Of a stretch of DNA of 64,000 bases, positions 1 through 8,586 are shown piece by piece. The stretch is from an uncultured bacterium (GTDB lineage Bacteria > Hydrothermota > UBA3072). Below the pieces are notes generated by a model, which saw only the letters and a list, made by a program, of their open reading frames with translations, had not been told where the DNA came from and did not search any database. Location of the stretch: the NCBI GenBank assembly GCA_964534175.1, contig CAZHNS010000009.1, forward strand, positions 460 to 64,459. The letters run 5' to 3'. Positions within the stretch are counted from its first letter, which is position 1. Each line of letters begins with the position of its first letter. The translations under genes were made by a program, and so were the position numbers.

Positions 1-880
1 CCGCAAGCTCAATGAAACGTGTATTAATGCCGAACTTTCGCGCTTTCCAGGAAAGATAAAAAGGGTCTATTGGAATACAATGTCCTCCAAGACCCGGACC
101 GGGATAAAAGGGAGTAAAACCAAAAGGTTTTGTTTTAGCTGCCTCGATAACTTCCCATACGTTTATTCCCATCTTATCAAATATAATCTTAAGCTCATTT
201 ACCAGAGCAATATTTACTGAACGATATGTGTTTTCCAATATTTTAGTCGCTTCCGCCACCTCTGCAGAAGAAACTTCTACAATTTCATCGAAAACATTCT
301 CATAAATTTCAACAACCTTTCTTCTCGACTGTTCGCTAACTCCTCCAATTACTTTAGGAATGTTTTTTGTCGTAAATTTTTCATTGCCCGGATCTTCTCT
401 TTCAGGTGAAAATGCAAGGTAAAAACCCAAATCCAATTTATTGCCGCCAGTTTCCAGTATTGGGAGCAAAACTTCTTTTGTGGTACCGGGATAAACAGTG
501 GATTCAAGAACAACTATAGCTCCCTGCTTTAAATTCTCAGCTACGACCTTTGCCGAATCTTCAACAAAGGACAAATCGGGCTGACGGTATTTGTCGAGAG
601 GCGTGGGAACACAAATAGAAACCAGATCCACCTCATTCAGCCTGAAAAAATCAGAAGTAGCAGTAAAAAGTCCGGAATTAAAAAAATCTTTGACTCTATC
701 TTCCTGTATGTGTTTCAAATATATTTCTCCGTTGGAAAGCTTGTCGATCTTTTTTACATCAATGTCAAAACCAATCGTTTCGTAGCCGGAACGAACAAAT
801 TCCATCGCCAGAGGTAACCCAACATAACCCAACCCAATCACTCCAAGAACTTTTTCGCGTGTTTCTTTACTATCTTTCAT
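1..880 (-). CDS. Nucleotide-sugar (UDP-N-acetylhexosamine/UDP-glucose) dehydrogenase, WecC/WbpA family, 3' end outside window
   Basis: Not in the ORF track because it runs off the edge. Hand translation from ATG 880 gives MKDSKETREKVLGVIGLGYVGLPLAMEFVRSGYETIGFDID (Rossmann GxGxxG). The catalytic-Cys motif FYPGPGLGGHCIPID lies near nt 65-110. Confidence 0.92.
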   Translation of the reverse strand, partial: MKDSKETREKVLGVIGLGYVGLPLAMEFVRSGYETIGFDIDVKKIDKLSNGEIYLKHIQEDRVKDFFNSGLFTATSDFFRLNEVDLVSICVPTPLDKYRQPDLSFVEDSAKVVAENLKQGAIVVLESTVYPGTTKEVLLPILETGGNKLDLGFYLAFSPEREDPGNEKFTTKNIPKVIGGVSEQSRRKVVEIYENVFDEIVEVSSAEVAEATKILENTYRSVNIALVNELKIIFDKMGINVWEVIEAAKTKPFGFTPFYPGPGLGGHCIPIDPFYLSWKARKFGINTRFIELA

Positions 881-886
881 AGATTC

Positions 887-914
887 AATATATTACTACT
901 TAGGCATGTGTCAA
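887..914 (-). promoter_or_regulatory. Sigma70-type promoter TTGACA-N16-TATATT, 6 nt from the ATG (apparently leaderless)
   Basis: TGTCAA at 909-914, AATATA at 887-892, start codon at 880, no SD. Confidence 0.7.
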
Positions 915-945
915 GACTACCCTCCCCCCACCCACAACATTTTTT

Positions 946-1272
946 ACCACAGAGGTCACAGAGAAAAAAACGAGCACACAGAGAAAACAAAGATTTTTTG
1001 TTGCTAAACCCATCTCACAGCCCCAAATTACTCTCACACAAAGAACACAAAGACACAGAGAAAAAATATGTTGTTGTTTAAAATCCACTCCCCAGCCCCT
1101 AATAGAATACAGATTTAAAAGGATTTCTTATGTTGTCTTTTTAACGCGAAACCCGTAACTCGAAACACGAAACTAAAAAAACCACAAGGATTTTAGACTG
1201 TTTGTCTATTGGGCAATTAGTCCGTTGGCCTGTTTTTCCCTCACCAACACACTAACAGACTAACCCACTAAC
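946..1272. repeat. Cluster of short-period degenerate intergenic repeats (CACAGAG/CACAAAG doublets, CGAAAC ladder, CTAAC ladder)
   Basis: ACCACAGAGGTCACAGAG 946-963, CACACAAAGAACACAAAGACACAGAG 1035-1060, CGCGAAACCCGTAACTCGAAACACGAAAC ~1145-1173, CCAACACACTAACAGACTAACCCACTAACA ~1244-1273. Related copies occur elsewhere in the window. Confidence 0.75.
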
Positions 1273-1289
1273 AAAATACAGTAAAATAC

Positions 1290-1317
1290 TTGATTTTAAA
1301 ATATTTTCTTCTATATT
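1290..1317 (+). promoter_or_regulatory. Sigma70-type promoter TTGATT-N16-TATATT
   Basis: Hexamers at 1290-1295 and 1312-1317; ATG at 1327, no SD. Confidence 0.55.
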
Positions 1318-1326
1318 CGTACAAAT

Positions 1327-2145
1327 ATGTATAAATATTTTAATAATATCAGGAGAATTCTTAATACAATAGATAACCCTTTAAAAAAATCGGAAAACGT
1401 TTTTGAAAAAGATAAGCTTGAAAGAGAATTTTATGATAAAGAAGCAGAAATATATTTGCGAAATTTTGACGAAAATTTATTCAGATTTGACGAAAACGAA
1501 CAAATCCCCCCAAGACATAAATTCTTCTACTCACTATTAGAAGACGTTAAAAGTAAACATATACTTGATTGCTGTTGTGGATACGGTTTTACTTCAGTAA
1601 AACTCGCAAAAAATGGAGCTTTAATAACAGGTATAGATATATCTCCCAGGATGATAGAGCTTGCCAAAAAGAATGCTGAATTCAATAACATCTCTAAATC
1701 TATAAATTTTAAGGTTATGTCAGCACAGGATATGTCATTCGACGAGAATACATTCGACTACGTAGTTAGCCTGGTAGGTTTACATCATCTAAATTTAGAA
1801 CTTGCCGGGAAAGAAATCCGGCGAGTATTGAAAGTAGGCGGAAAAGCAATTTTTCTTGAGCCAAGGATTCCCTTCCGGTGGATTATGGCCTTCAGAAGTT
1901 TAATACCTAAAACCTGTAATGAATCTCCGGGTGGAGGCTCTTTAAGCGATAAAGAAGTCTACGAATTTTCCCGTAATTTTTCAACCTATAGTATATATTA
2001 TTTTCAATTATTAGAAAAAGTTTTTCGCATGCCACTTTCGAATAAACCTTCCTCAAAAATAGACAAACTCGATTTAATGCTTATCAAAAACTTTCCGATT
2101 TTAAGAAAACTTTGTTGGGCTTTTGTACTCGAGTTTACAAAATAA
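1327..2145 (+). CDS. Class I SAM-dependent methyltransferase (Methyltransf_11-like)
   Basis: ILDCCCGYG motif I, GIDIS, FDYVV, and LKVGG post-II motif. Confidence 0.88.
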   Translation: MYKYFNNIRRILNTIDNPLKKSENVFEKDKLEREFYDKEAEIYLRNFDENLFRFDENEQIPPRHKFFYSLLEDVKSKHILDCCCGYGFTSVKLAKNGALITGIDISPRMIELAKKNAEFNNISKSINFKVMSAQDMSFDENTFDYVVSLVGLHHLNLELAGKEIRRVLKVGGKAIFLEPRIPFRWIMAFRSLIPKTCNESPGGGSLSDKEVYEFSRNFSTYSIYYFQLLEKVFRMPLSNKPSSKIDKLDLMLIKNFPILRKLCWAFVLEFTK

Positions 2146-2197
2146 AAGGGGTATGTGTGGTAGTAGAAAGCGGATGGCGGAGAGCGTATTTTCTACC

Positions 2198-2225
2198 TTG
2201 ACAAAGAAGACCAACAATCTAATTT
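2198..2225 (+). promoter_or_regulatory. Sigma70-type promoter TTGACA-N16-TAATTT (apparently leaderless)
   Basis: Hexamers at 2198-2203 and 2220-2225; ATG at 2233. Confidence 0.6.
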
Positions 2226-2232
2226 TTCCCCA

Positions 2233-2736
2233 ATGAAAGAAGAATTTGGAGCCATTCCCTTTTTCGGACCCGGAAAACTGGTAATTGATATAGGATGCTG
2301 GGATAATATCGAACCTTCAATAACCCTGGCATCAAAAGGGACCATCGTTTTCGCGATAGACCGCTATCAAAAAATGACTCAGTTCCAAGAGAAACTTAAC
2401 GATTCCGTAGAAAACAAAAAAGTCAGTAAAGAGCTTTCAGAAAAAATAATTCCCTTAAAAGCAGACGCTATAAACCTGCCTTTTACTGAACAATGTGTCG
2501 ACGGAATACTTTTTCTGTATTCCGTATCCTGGCTTGAACAGTTCGGAACCGAACCTTTGATTGCTTACAGGGAAGCTATGAGGGTGCTAAAAGATGAAGG
2601 ACTGGTAATCATAACGGAATCGAATATCAAACGGGCTATAACTCAGGAGAGATTTTTAAATACTATGATGAAAACGGAAAGAAACGGGAATATTATTATA
2701 GGAAGAAAATTCGCCCCAGAAGAAAAACTTTTTTAA
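2233..2736 (+). CDS. Divergent class I SAM-dependent methyltransferase
   Basis: VIDIGC, FAID, ADAINLPF..VDGI, and RVLKDEG motifs. Confidence 0.7.
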   Translation: MKEEFGAIPFFGPGKLVIDIGCWDNIEPSITLASKGTIVFAIDRYQKMTQFQEKLNDSVENKKVSKELSEKIIPLKADAINLPFTEQCVDGILFLYSVSWLEQFGTEPLIAYREAMRVLKDEGLVIITESNIKRAITQERFLNTMMKTERNGNIIIGRKFAPEEKLF

Positions 2737-2740
2737 TATA

Positions 2741-2856
2741 GCCACAAAGGCACTAAGGCACAAAGAAAAACAATTATTTAACCACGAAACAAACGAAATA
2801 CACTAAAATTTTTGTGATCTTTAAAAACTAACACCTAACACCTAAAACCCAACCTC
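2741..2856. repeat. Short-period intergenic repeats between convergent genes
   Basis: GCCACAAAGGCACTAAGGCACAAAG 2741-2765; ACCACGAAACAAAC 2781-2794 (identical 14-mer at ~33665); CTAACACCTAACACCTAAAACCC ~2828-2850. Confidence 0.7.
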
Positions 2857-4455
2857 TCACCTTCCTACCGAAACGACTTCCTTCTCTATACTCCTCACAC
2901 CAGTGTCCGCATCTTCAATCAATAAAAAAACTACATAAAGACCGGTAGGGACTATCTCATCCCTGCTATCCTTTCCATTCCAGACCCACTCTCCTGCTTC
3001 TCCCCCATAAATCCCTGAACCCTCCCTTAAAAGATGACCTCTTCTATCGAAAATCTTAAGCGTTACTTCATTTCTCAAATACGGAAGGTTAAAGGAAATA
3101 ACACTCATCTCATCTACCCCATCACCATCTGGTGTAAAATGCGCAGGGTTTACAGAAAGGGCAACATCCGTTCTCTTATATTCTGCAAATACGGAATTCT
3201 CGACTCCGGGTGTTCCTCCTTCCAGGACGGACTGCCCCCAATTAGTAGAATTATCGGCTGATATACCCGGACTAATCCTCTCCAGAGAATAATTCCTCTC
3301 GGCATCATCGCCGGAATAAATCATCCCATCCAAAACAAATCCATTCTCATCAAATAAAAAAACGCTGTCTCCATTGTTTAAAAGAGACAAATCCATCTGT
3401 AATACAGATGAAGAAATTCCGCCGTAATAACCCAAAAAAGAAATCGAATCCGAAGATATCACAATATAATCGCCGGAAGGAACTTCTATTCCATCAGCAG
3501 AAACACCATCCAGCGAAAAAGAATCAAGAGAAACGGTATATAGAGATCGATTAAAAAGTTCTATCCATTCAGGTGGTCCGTCCGGAGCATACATAATCTC
3601 ATTTATAATTAAATCCGAAATTCCCTCACCTATTTTAACCCTTCTAAAAACAGTTTTTTCTATTAAATCGAAACCTATCAAATAAAACCCTTCTAAAGAT
3701 AACGAAAAATCGATTCGAAAAGAAGAATCCTGCGCAATTTCAGAAAGAACAAAGCTATCAATCAATTCTCCCTCATCGAGAATTTTATTACGATTCTCAT
3801 CACTGAAAACCTCTATAGCTCCGCTTAGCTCCGAATCATAATGATTTAATAAAAGAACTGATACAGTATTACCCAGAACCCAAAGAGAATCAATCGTGAA
3901 ATCAGGAAAAGAATAGACCGAATTTACTCTTCCGGGTGTAGAACCGGAAACATCTACGCAAGTACTCCAATTTTCAGGGATATCACCACTATAGGGGTAA
4001 ACCCTTTCCACGGAAACCCCATCTCCCGAACTTAAAGGATAATAATACGTAGAAGCAGTATCACCGTCCGAAGAAATAATAGCAATTGGATCCGTAGTTG
4101 AAAGCCCATTTCCTATTGTTGTATTACCAACCGTAAGCAATAAGCACGAAGGGACACCATAGGGCATATAATTTTCACCCGTATCCACGTACTCGGGATC
4201 CATAACAAGAGCAAACTCTCCCGGCATAAGCACAGAATTAGAATCATTAGAGAGAGAATAAAAAGGCACAATTTCATCCACAGCATCGAAATCAGTAATC
4301 CGCCAGTCATTCAAATCGACTGCGCCAGGACCAATATTAAAAATCTCAACAAACTCATTTCTGTCTTCAGGACAACCAACCCCACTGGAACCGAGCGGGT
4401 TTGACATTACCTCGTTGATACAGACAGCAGAAAATAACAAAAATAAACAATACAT
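2857..4455 (-). CDS. Secreted lamin-tail-domain protein (2 LTDs) with C-terminal FlgD-Ig/CHU-type sorting domain
   Basis: Signal peptide; INEVMSNP..NEFVEIFN and IINEIMYAP..EWIELFN; STPGRVNS/GTPGVENS; C-terminal FTPDGDGVDE..IFDRRG..WNGKD..PTGLY. Confidence 0.85.
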   Translation of the reverse strand: MYCLFLLFSAVCINEVMSNPLGSSGVGCPEDRNEFVEIFNIGPGAVDLNDWRITDFDAVDEIVPFYSLSNDSNSVLMPGEFALVMDPEYVDTGENYMPYGVPSCLLLTVGNTTIGNGLSTTDPIAIISSDGDTASTYYYPLSSGDGVSVERVYPYSGDIPENWSTCVDVSGSTPGRVNSVYSFPDFTIDSLWVLGNTVSVLLLNHYDSELSGAIEVFSDENRNKILDEGELIDSFVLSEIAQDSSFRIDFSLSLEGFYLIGFDLIEKTVFRRVKIGEGISDLIINEIMYAPDGPPEWIELFNRSLYTVSLDSFSLDGVSADGIEVPSGDYIVISSDSISFLGYYGGISSSVLQMDLSLLNNGDSVFLFDENGFVLDGMIYSGDDAERNYSLERISPGISADNSTNWGQSVLEGGTPGVENSVFAEYKRTDVALSVNPAHFTPDGDGVDEMSVISFNLPYLRNEVTLKIFDRRGHLLREGSGIYGGEAGEWVWNGKDSRDEIVPTGLYVVFLLIEDADTGVRSIEKEVVSVGR

Positions 4456-4463
4456 CTTGATCC

Positions 4464-4491
4464 ATTATAGAAGAAAATTATTGAATGTCAA
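4464..4491 (-). promoter_or_regulatory. Consensus promoter TTGACA-N16-TATAAT, 8 nt from the ATG (apparently leaderless)
   Basis: TGTCAA at 4486-4491, ATTATA at 4464-4469, ATG at 4455. Confidence 0.8.
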
Positions 4492-4530
4492 GAACTCCAC
4501 CTAATGGCAAAAATGGCAGAAACCTTCTTC

Positions 4531-4893
4531 TCATCCATAGATAAATCACAAAAAAGGCAAAAATAAATTATGTGGAAAAGTTGTTTAAGAATATTTATTT
4601 TGCGTATAAGATATTGAAATACAAAGTCTTATGCTATCCAACTTATCCACAAGGATTTAATATAAGCCCTTAATTATTAGAAACTTAACAAAATCTTAAC
4701 AGTATGCAGAAATTTGTCTTGCCTGTCTTCTTTTTAGTATCGGGTTTTACCCTAATGGAAAACTCATCTTGGGTGAATATGAAATAGAGCAATTGTAAGT
4801 TGAAAAATTCTTAAAAAAAATTCTTAGAATTTTTTTATTGCAGATAACTCTAGAGATTTTTCCGGCGCTTAAAAGTTGATAAATTGTGGAAGA
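4531..4893. promoter_or_regulatory. DnaA-box cluster in a non-coding island
   Basis: Perfect TTATCCACA 4643-4651; near matches TGTGGAAAA 4571-4579, TGTGGAAGA 4885-4893, TCATCCATA 4531-4539; TTAACA-N5-TTAACA 4685-4701; AT palindrome 4814-4836. Confidence 0.5.
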
Positions 4894-4935
4894 TAAATTA
4901 CAGGAATACAAAATTTATAAAAATTTTCTTTTGAT

Positions 4936-4966
4936 AAAAATAAACCCGGAGCGAAAAGCCCCGGGC
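4936..4966 (-). terminator. Rho-independent terminator of the porin gene
   Basis: On the minus strand, GCCCGGGGC-TTTTC-GCTCCGGGT followed by TTATTTTT. Confidence 0.8.
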
Positions 4967-5002
4967 TTAATTAAAGGTTGCGACATTTCTAAAAAAGTAA
5001 GT

Positions 5003-6007
5003 CTATTGGGAAAAAGTATTACTAAAGCCCCATTTCAACTGAACCATTAAAAGGTTAACGTCGGGTATGGCGCTTTCATAAATAGTCTTCTGTCCCTGAA
5101 TTTGAAGAGCAACTTGAGACCTATCGTTCGCATCTCTTAAGATGTTCCAGTTTAAACCTCCAATGATACGAGTATGACCGTCATCAACTATATCTGCATC
5201 CACGTCCCACATATCAAATCTGCCAACAATATCTACATCGACATTCATTAATTCTCTAAGACTGAAAATGGGCATTACCATAAAACCACTGCTTTTAACA
5301 TCTTCCTTATCCTGAAACAGATACTCTCCGCGCAGTTCAAAAGGTCCTTTAGAAAAACGCGCTAACCCTATAGTTGCGAATTTACTTGCATCCGTTACAT
5401 ACAATACTGAACCACCAAAAGTAAAAGATGGAATAAGTGCAAGTCTTATGTTACCCAGAAGCTCAGGATCCAGGTCCAAGTCGCTCCCGGTAACAGTATA
5501 TCCTTCTCCATTGTAAACCGAAACCGCATAAACACCTTTGCTGCCTGCGAAATTACCGCAGAAAGCAATACCATAATCGGCGGATTTCGCAACACCTTCA
5601 ACTTCTTCCAAAACTTTCTCTATTGTAATATATTCCCAATCATAGCCGAAACCAAAATAATGTTGAATTATACCAGCACTAATTTTACTTTCAGGTATAG
5701 GCAAAACATCTTTAAAATTAAGATAGGCATACTTTACTCTTACGCCGCCACCTGTCGTAGAAGTTTCATCCGAAAAGAAGTCGAGATTAAACCTGCCATC
5801 TATCTTATCCGTAATTGTAGGTTCAATCCTAAAGTAACCTCTTTCTAAAGTTAATTTACTCTTGCTTACCTCACCATCTACAATTTCATTCGTATATCTA
5901 TTCCACAACAGCATAGAGACTTTTGTCTCTCCACCAATTAAACTTATGGGGACCATAAAAACAAAAAACAACATGGATGAACAAATAAAAAGTTTAAAGA
6001 CACGCAT
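5003..6007 (-). CDS. Outer-membrane porin-like beta-barrel (phosphate-selective porin O/P-like)
   Basis: Signal peptide, alternating amphipathic strands, VKYAYL..K..AG and DYGIA..G..Y..SVYNGEG segments, strong SD GGAGG. Confidence 0.65.
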   Translation of the reverse strand: MRVFKLFICSSMLFFVFMVPISLIGGETKVSMLLWNRYTNEIVDGEVSKSKLTLERGYFRIEPTITDKIDGRFNLDFFSDETSTTGGGVRVKYAYLNFKDVLPIPESKISAGIIQHYFGFGYDWEYITIEKVLEEVEGVAKSADYGIAFCGNFAGSKGVYAVSVYNGEGYTVTGSDLDLDPELLGNIRLALIPSFTFGGSVLYVTDASKFATIGLARFSKGPFELRGEYLFQDKEDVKSSGFMVMPIFSLRELMNVDVDIVGRFDMWDVDADIVDDGHTRIIGGLNWNILRDANDRSQVALQIQGQKTIYESAIPDVNLLMVQLKWGFSNTFSQ

Positions 6008-6182
6008 AAAAACCTCCTTTTGGTTTCCACGATTACAAGAATATCATTTATTACATTACTTAACAACCAAGATGACAACATCGATTCTCTCGAAAAATAA
6101 CCAATGATTAAAATAAACTATTAACTATTTATCAACCGCTGTCAAGTCTAAAAAATATGCTAAAAGTTATCGTATTTCCGTC

Positions 6183-6210
6183 TTGACATTATATCTATTC
6201 TATTTACAAT
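6183..6210 (+). promoter_or_regulatory. Promoter TTGACA-N16-TACAAT
   Basis: Hexamers at 6183-6188 and 6205-6210. Confidence 0.7.
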
Positions 6211-6360
6211 GAGAAAGTTATTCTTTTTTAAATTAATTTTATTTAGTAAAAAAGAACGATTACTTCAAAGCACCAAAAAATTATATTGATTAGATACGGA
6301 AAAAATCAACAGTTAATATTAATCAGAAGGAGTAATTGTATATTGAAAAATACAGGCAAA

Positions 6361-7056
6361 ATGTCATATTTCGGAAAAGACTTAGAGGATATGGTTTTCG
6401 CCAAGAATTATCATAAATGGATATTGGAAAGATTCGAACCATATCTTGGAGACACTATTGCTGAAATCGGTGCCGGAACCGGAAATTTCACAAACCTTCT
6501 AATTAACAAAGGAATAAAGCATATATTTGCATTCGAACCTTCAGATAACATGTATCCACTGCTTAAAAATAGATTTCAAGAAAAAAAAGAAGTTGTAACT
6601 ATAAACGCTTTTTTGTATGAAAAATATCAAAAGTTTCTGGAATTTTTTGATTCAGTTCTTTATATAGATGTATTAGAACATATAGAATCGGATGAAGAAG
6701 AGTTGCGGTATGTATACAAAATTACTAAAAAAAATGGATTCATTCTGATTTTCGTACCGGCATTGCCATTGTTATATAGTGAATTTGATAAAAAAATTGG
6801 GCATTTCAGGAGATACTCGAAGAAAAGACTTGTAGAAGTTGTTAGAAAAAGTGGATTTTCAATAGAAAGTATTCAATATTTTGATATAGCCGGCGCAATA
6901 CTCTGGTATATTGTTTTTGTTCTTTTAGGAAAAACAACATCGAAAACAAATGTTTCTCTGTACGATAAATTTATTGTACCACCAATGAGATTTTTAGAAA
7001 ATACTATAAAACCTCCAACGGGGAAAAATCTAATACTTGTCGGAAAGAAAATTTAA
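6361..7056 (+). CDS. Class I SAM-dependent methyltransferase (glycosylation-locus type)
   Basis: EIGAGTGN, FEPS, DVLEHI, FVPA..LYSEFDKKIGHFRRY. ATG 6361 is preferred over the ORF-track TTG at 6286. Confidence 0.88.
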   Translation: MSYFGKDLEDMVFAKNYHKWILERFEPYLGDTIAEIGAGTGNFTNLLINKGIKHIFAFEPSDNMYPLLKNRFQEKKEVVTINAFLYEKYQKFLEFFDSVLYIDVLEHIESDEEELRYVYKITKKNGFILIFVPALPLLYSEFDKKIGHFRRYSKKRLVEVVRKSGFSIESIQYFDIAGAILWYIVFVLLGKTTSKTNVSLYDKFIVPPMRFLENTIKPPTGKNLILVGKKI

Positions 7057-7092
7057 AAATAAATTTATTGCTTTATAAAAAACATTTTCTTC

Positions 7093-7120
7093 TTGACTTA
7101 CCTAAAAATATGTTTACATT
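7093..7120 (+). promoter_or_regulatory. Promoter TTGACT-N16-TACATT
   Basis: Hexamers at 7093-7098 and 7115-7120. Confidence 0.6.
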
Positions 7121-7171
7121 AAAATTCGAATAAAGCAAAGTTTTTTATAATGTTTATAGAAAGAGGTGGTT

Positions 7172-7891
7172 TTGAAGTTATCGGTAGTTATACCTGTTTT
7201 TAATGAAAAAGAAACTATAAAGAAAGTCATCGAAAAAGTAAAAAAATCTCCTGTAAAAAAGGAAATAATTATAATCGATGATGGTTCTAATGATGGGACA
7301 AAAAAACTGCTACAGGATATAAAAAGAGAATCGCCCACAAATTATGATATAAAAATACTGCATCTCGACAAAAATCTGGGAAAAGGAAAAGCCATCAAAA
7401 GGGGTTTCTCATTAGTAAATGGAGATTATGTAATAATTCAGGACGCTGATCTTGAGTATGATCCGAATGAATATACAAAGTTACTCAAACCAATTTTAAA
7501 CAAAGAAACTGATGTCGTTTTTGGCTCTAGACTTCTGGGCAAGAATATACATTCAAGGCGTAATCGGCTTTTATATATAGGAAGAATCTCACTTAGCTGG
7601 ATTACTAATATTTTATTCAGCAGTAGACTCACCGATATCTATACTTGCTACAAACTTATTCCAAATGATTTAATAAGCAAATTCGATATAACTTCAAACG
7701 GTTTTGAATTAGAAGCTGAACTTACTGCCAAAATACTTATTGCCGGAAAGAAGATAAAGGAAGTTCCTATAGGTTATAGCCCCCGTTCGAAGAAAGCAGG
7801 AAAAAAAATAACATGGATTGATTGGTTTAGAGGTGTAAAAATGTTATTGTTGCTCCGATTGAAAAATAAACGCTCAAAATGTAAAAAGTAA
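7172..7891 (+). CDS. GT2 glycosyltransferase, DPM1/polyprenol-phosphate glycosyltransferase-like
   Basis: LSVVIPVFNE, IIDDGSNDGT, NLGKG, IIQDADLEYDP, VFGSR, LTDIYTCYK, GFELEAELT. Probable TTG start at 7172 after AAGAGG. Confidence 0.92.
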   Translation: MKLSVVIPVFNEKETIKKVIEKVKKSPVKKEIIIIDDGSNDGTKKLLQDIKRESPTNYDIKILHLDKNLGKGKAIKRGFSLVNGDYVIIQDADLEYDPNEYTKLLKPILNKETDVVFGSRLLGKNIHSRRNRLLYIGRISLSWITNILFSSRLTDIYTCYKLIPNDLISKFDITSNGFELEAELTAKILIAGKKIKEVPIGYSPRSKKAGKKITWIDWFRGVKMLLLLRLKNKRSKCKK

Positions 7892-7993
7892 CAAAGCGAT
7901 TTTTCATAACTAGAAGATATAAACACGCATAACTTTGTCAACATAATTTGGAACAACAAATCACACAAATAAAACGAATAAAAAATTGCAGGG

Positions 7994-8021
7994 TTGACAA
8001 ATAGACAAAAAAGAATATGAT
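7994..8021 (+). promoter_or_regulatory. csp promoter TTGACA-N16-TATGAT
   Basis: Hexamers at 7994-7999 and 8016-8021. Confidence 0.7.
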
Positions 8022-8083
8022 TAACCGATTGTTTATGTATGTATCATTGTATACCCTAAAAAACCAAAGGAGGTTTTTCTAGT

Positions 8084-8287
8084 ATGGCAGAAGGTAAAGT
8101 AAAATGGTTTAGTGACAGAAAAGGATACGGTTTTATTACAGCGAATGACACCTCACAGGATATATTTGTCCACACAACAGCCCTCAGTGAAGGTCTGGTT
8201 ACACTTTCAGAAGGAGACGAAGTTGAGTTTGAACTTATCGAAAGTGATAAAGGACCAAAAGCCGAAAAAGTAAAAAAGATTCGTTAA
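8084..8287 (+). CDS. Cold-shock domain protein (CspA family)
   Basis: GKVKWF, KGYGFI (RNP1), DIFVH (RNP2), KGPKA; SD GGAGG. Confidence 0.97.
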   Translation: MAEGKVKWFSDRKGYGFITANDTSQDIFVHTTALSEGLVTLSEGDEVEFELIESDKGPKAEKVKKIR

Positions 8288-8368
8288 ACTTTAGTTCTCA
8301 ATATAAAGTTTCGATAAAACAAAAGCATAAAAACAAAGACTTATTGGATTTGTTGTATTTTTGCATTA

Positions 8369-8520
8369 ATTAGTTCGTTGTTCCTTGTTCGTAGTTAATT
8401 AAAGTTAAGGGGGCAAGGGATCGAGGGTTCCAGGTTCCGAGTAAAAAAACAATCCAACTAACCAACTATCCCACAAACCAACAGTTTAAAATCTTTGTGC
8501 TCTTTGTGTGATAAATTGGG
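8369..8520. repeat. Short-period intergenic repeats
   Basis: GTTCGTTGTTCCTTGTTCGT, GGGATCGAGGGTTCCAGGTTCCGAG, CCAACTAACCAACTA. 8491-8520 is a reverse-complement copy of ~1022-1053. Confidence 0.7.
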
Positions 8521-8586
8521 TGGAGTTGGGGGTACTTGCTTTATTATAGTAACCCTTTATATTTGTCTCTAAATGGAAAAAAATAA

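Noticed and set aside
900-1088. 62-aa hydrophobic ORF on the minus strand
   Set aside because: It is a translation of the CACAGAG/CACAAAG repeats (LCLCVLCV), not a gene
4500-4935. Firm call of oriC
   Set aside because: No dnaA/dnaN/gidA nearby and no visible change in strand bias; kept only as a DnaA-box cluster
6030-6080. Pho-box-like half-sites upstream of the porin (ATTACA, ATATCA, ATTACA, TTAACA, ATGACA)
   Set aside because: Spacings are 9, 9, 10 and 12 nt rather than a consistent 11, so phosphate regulation is not supported
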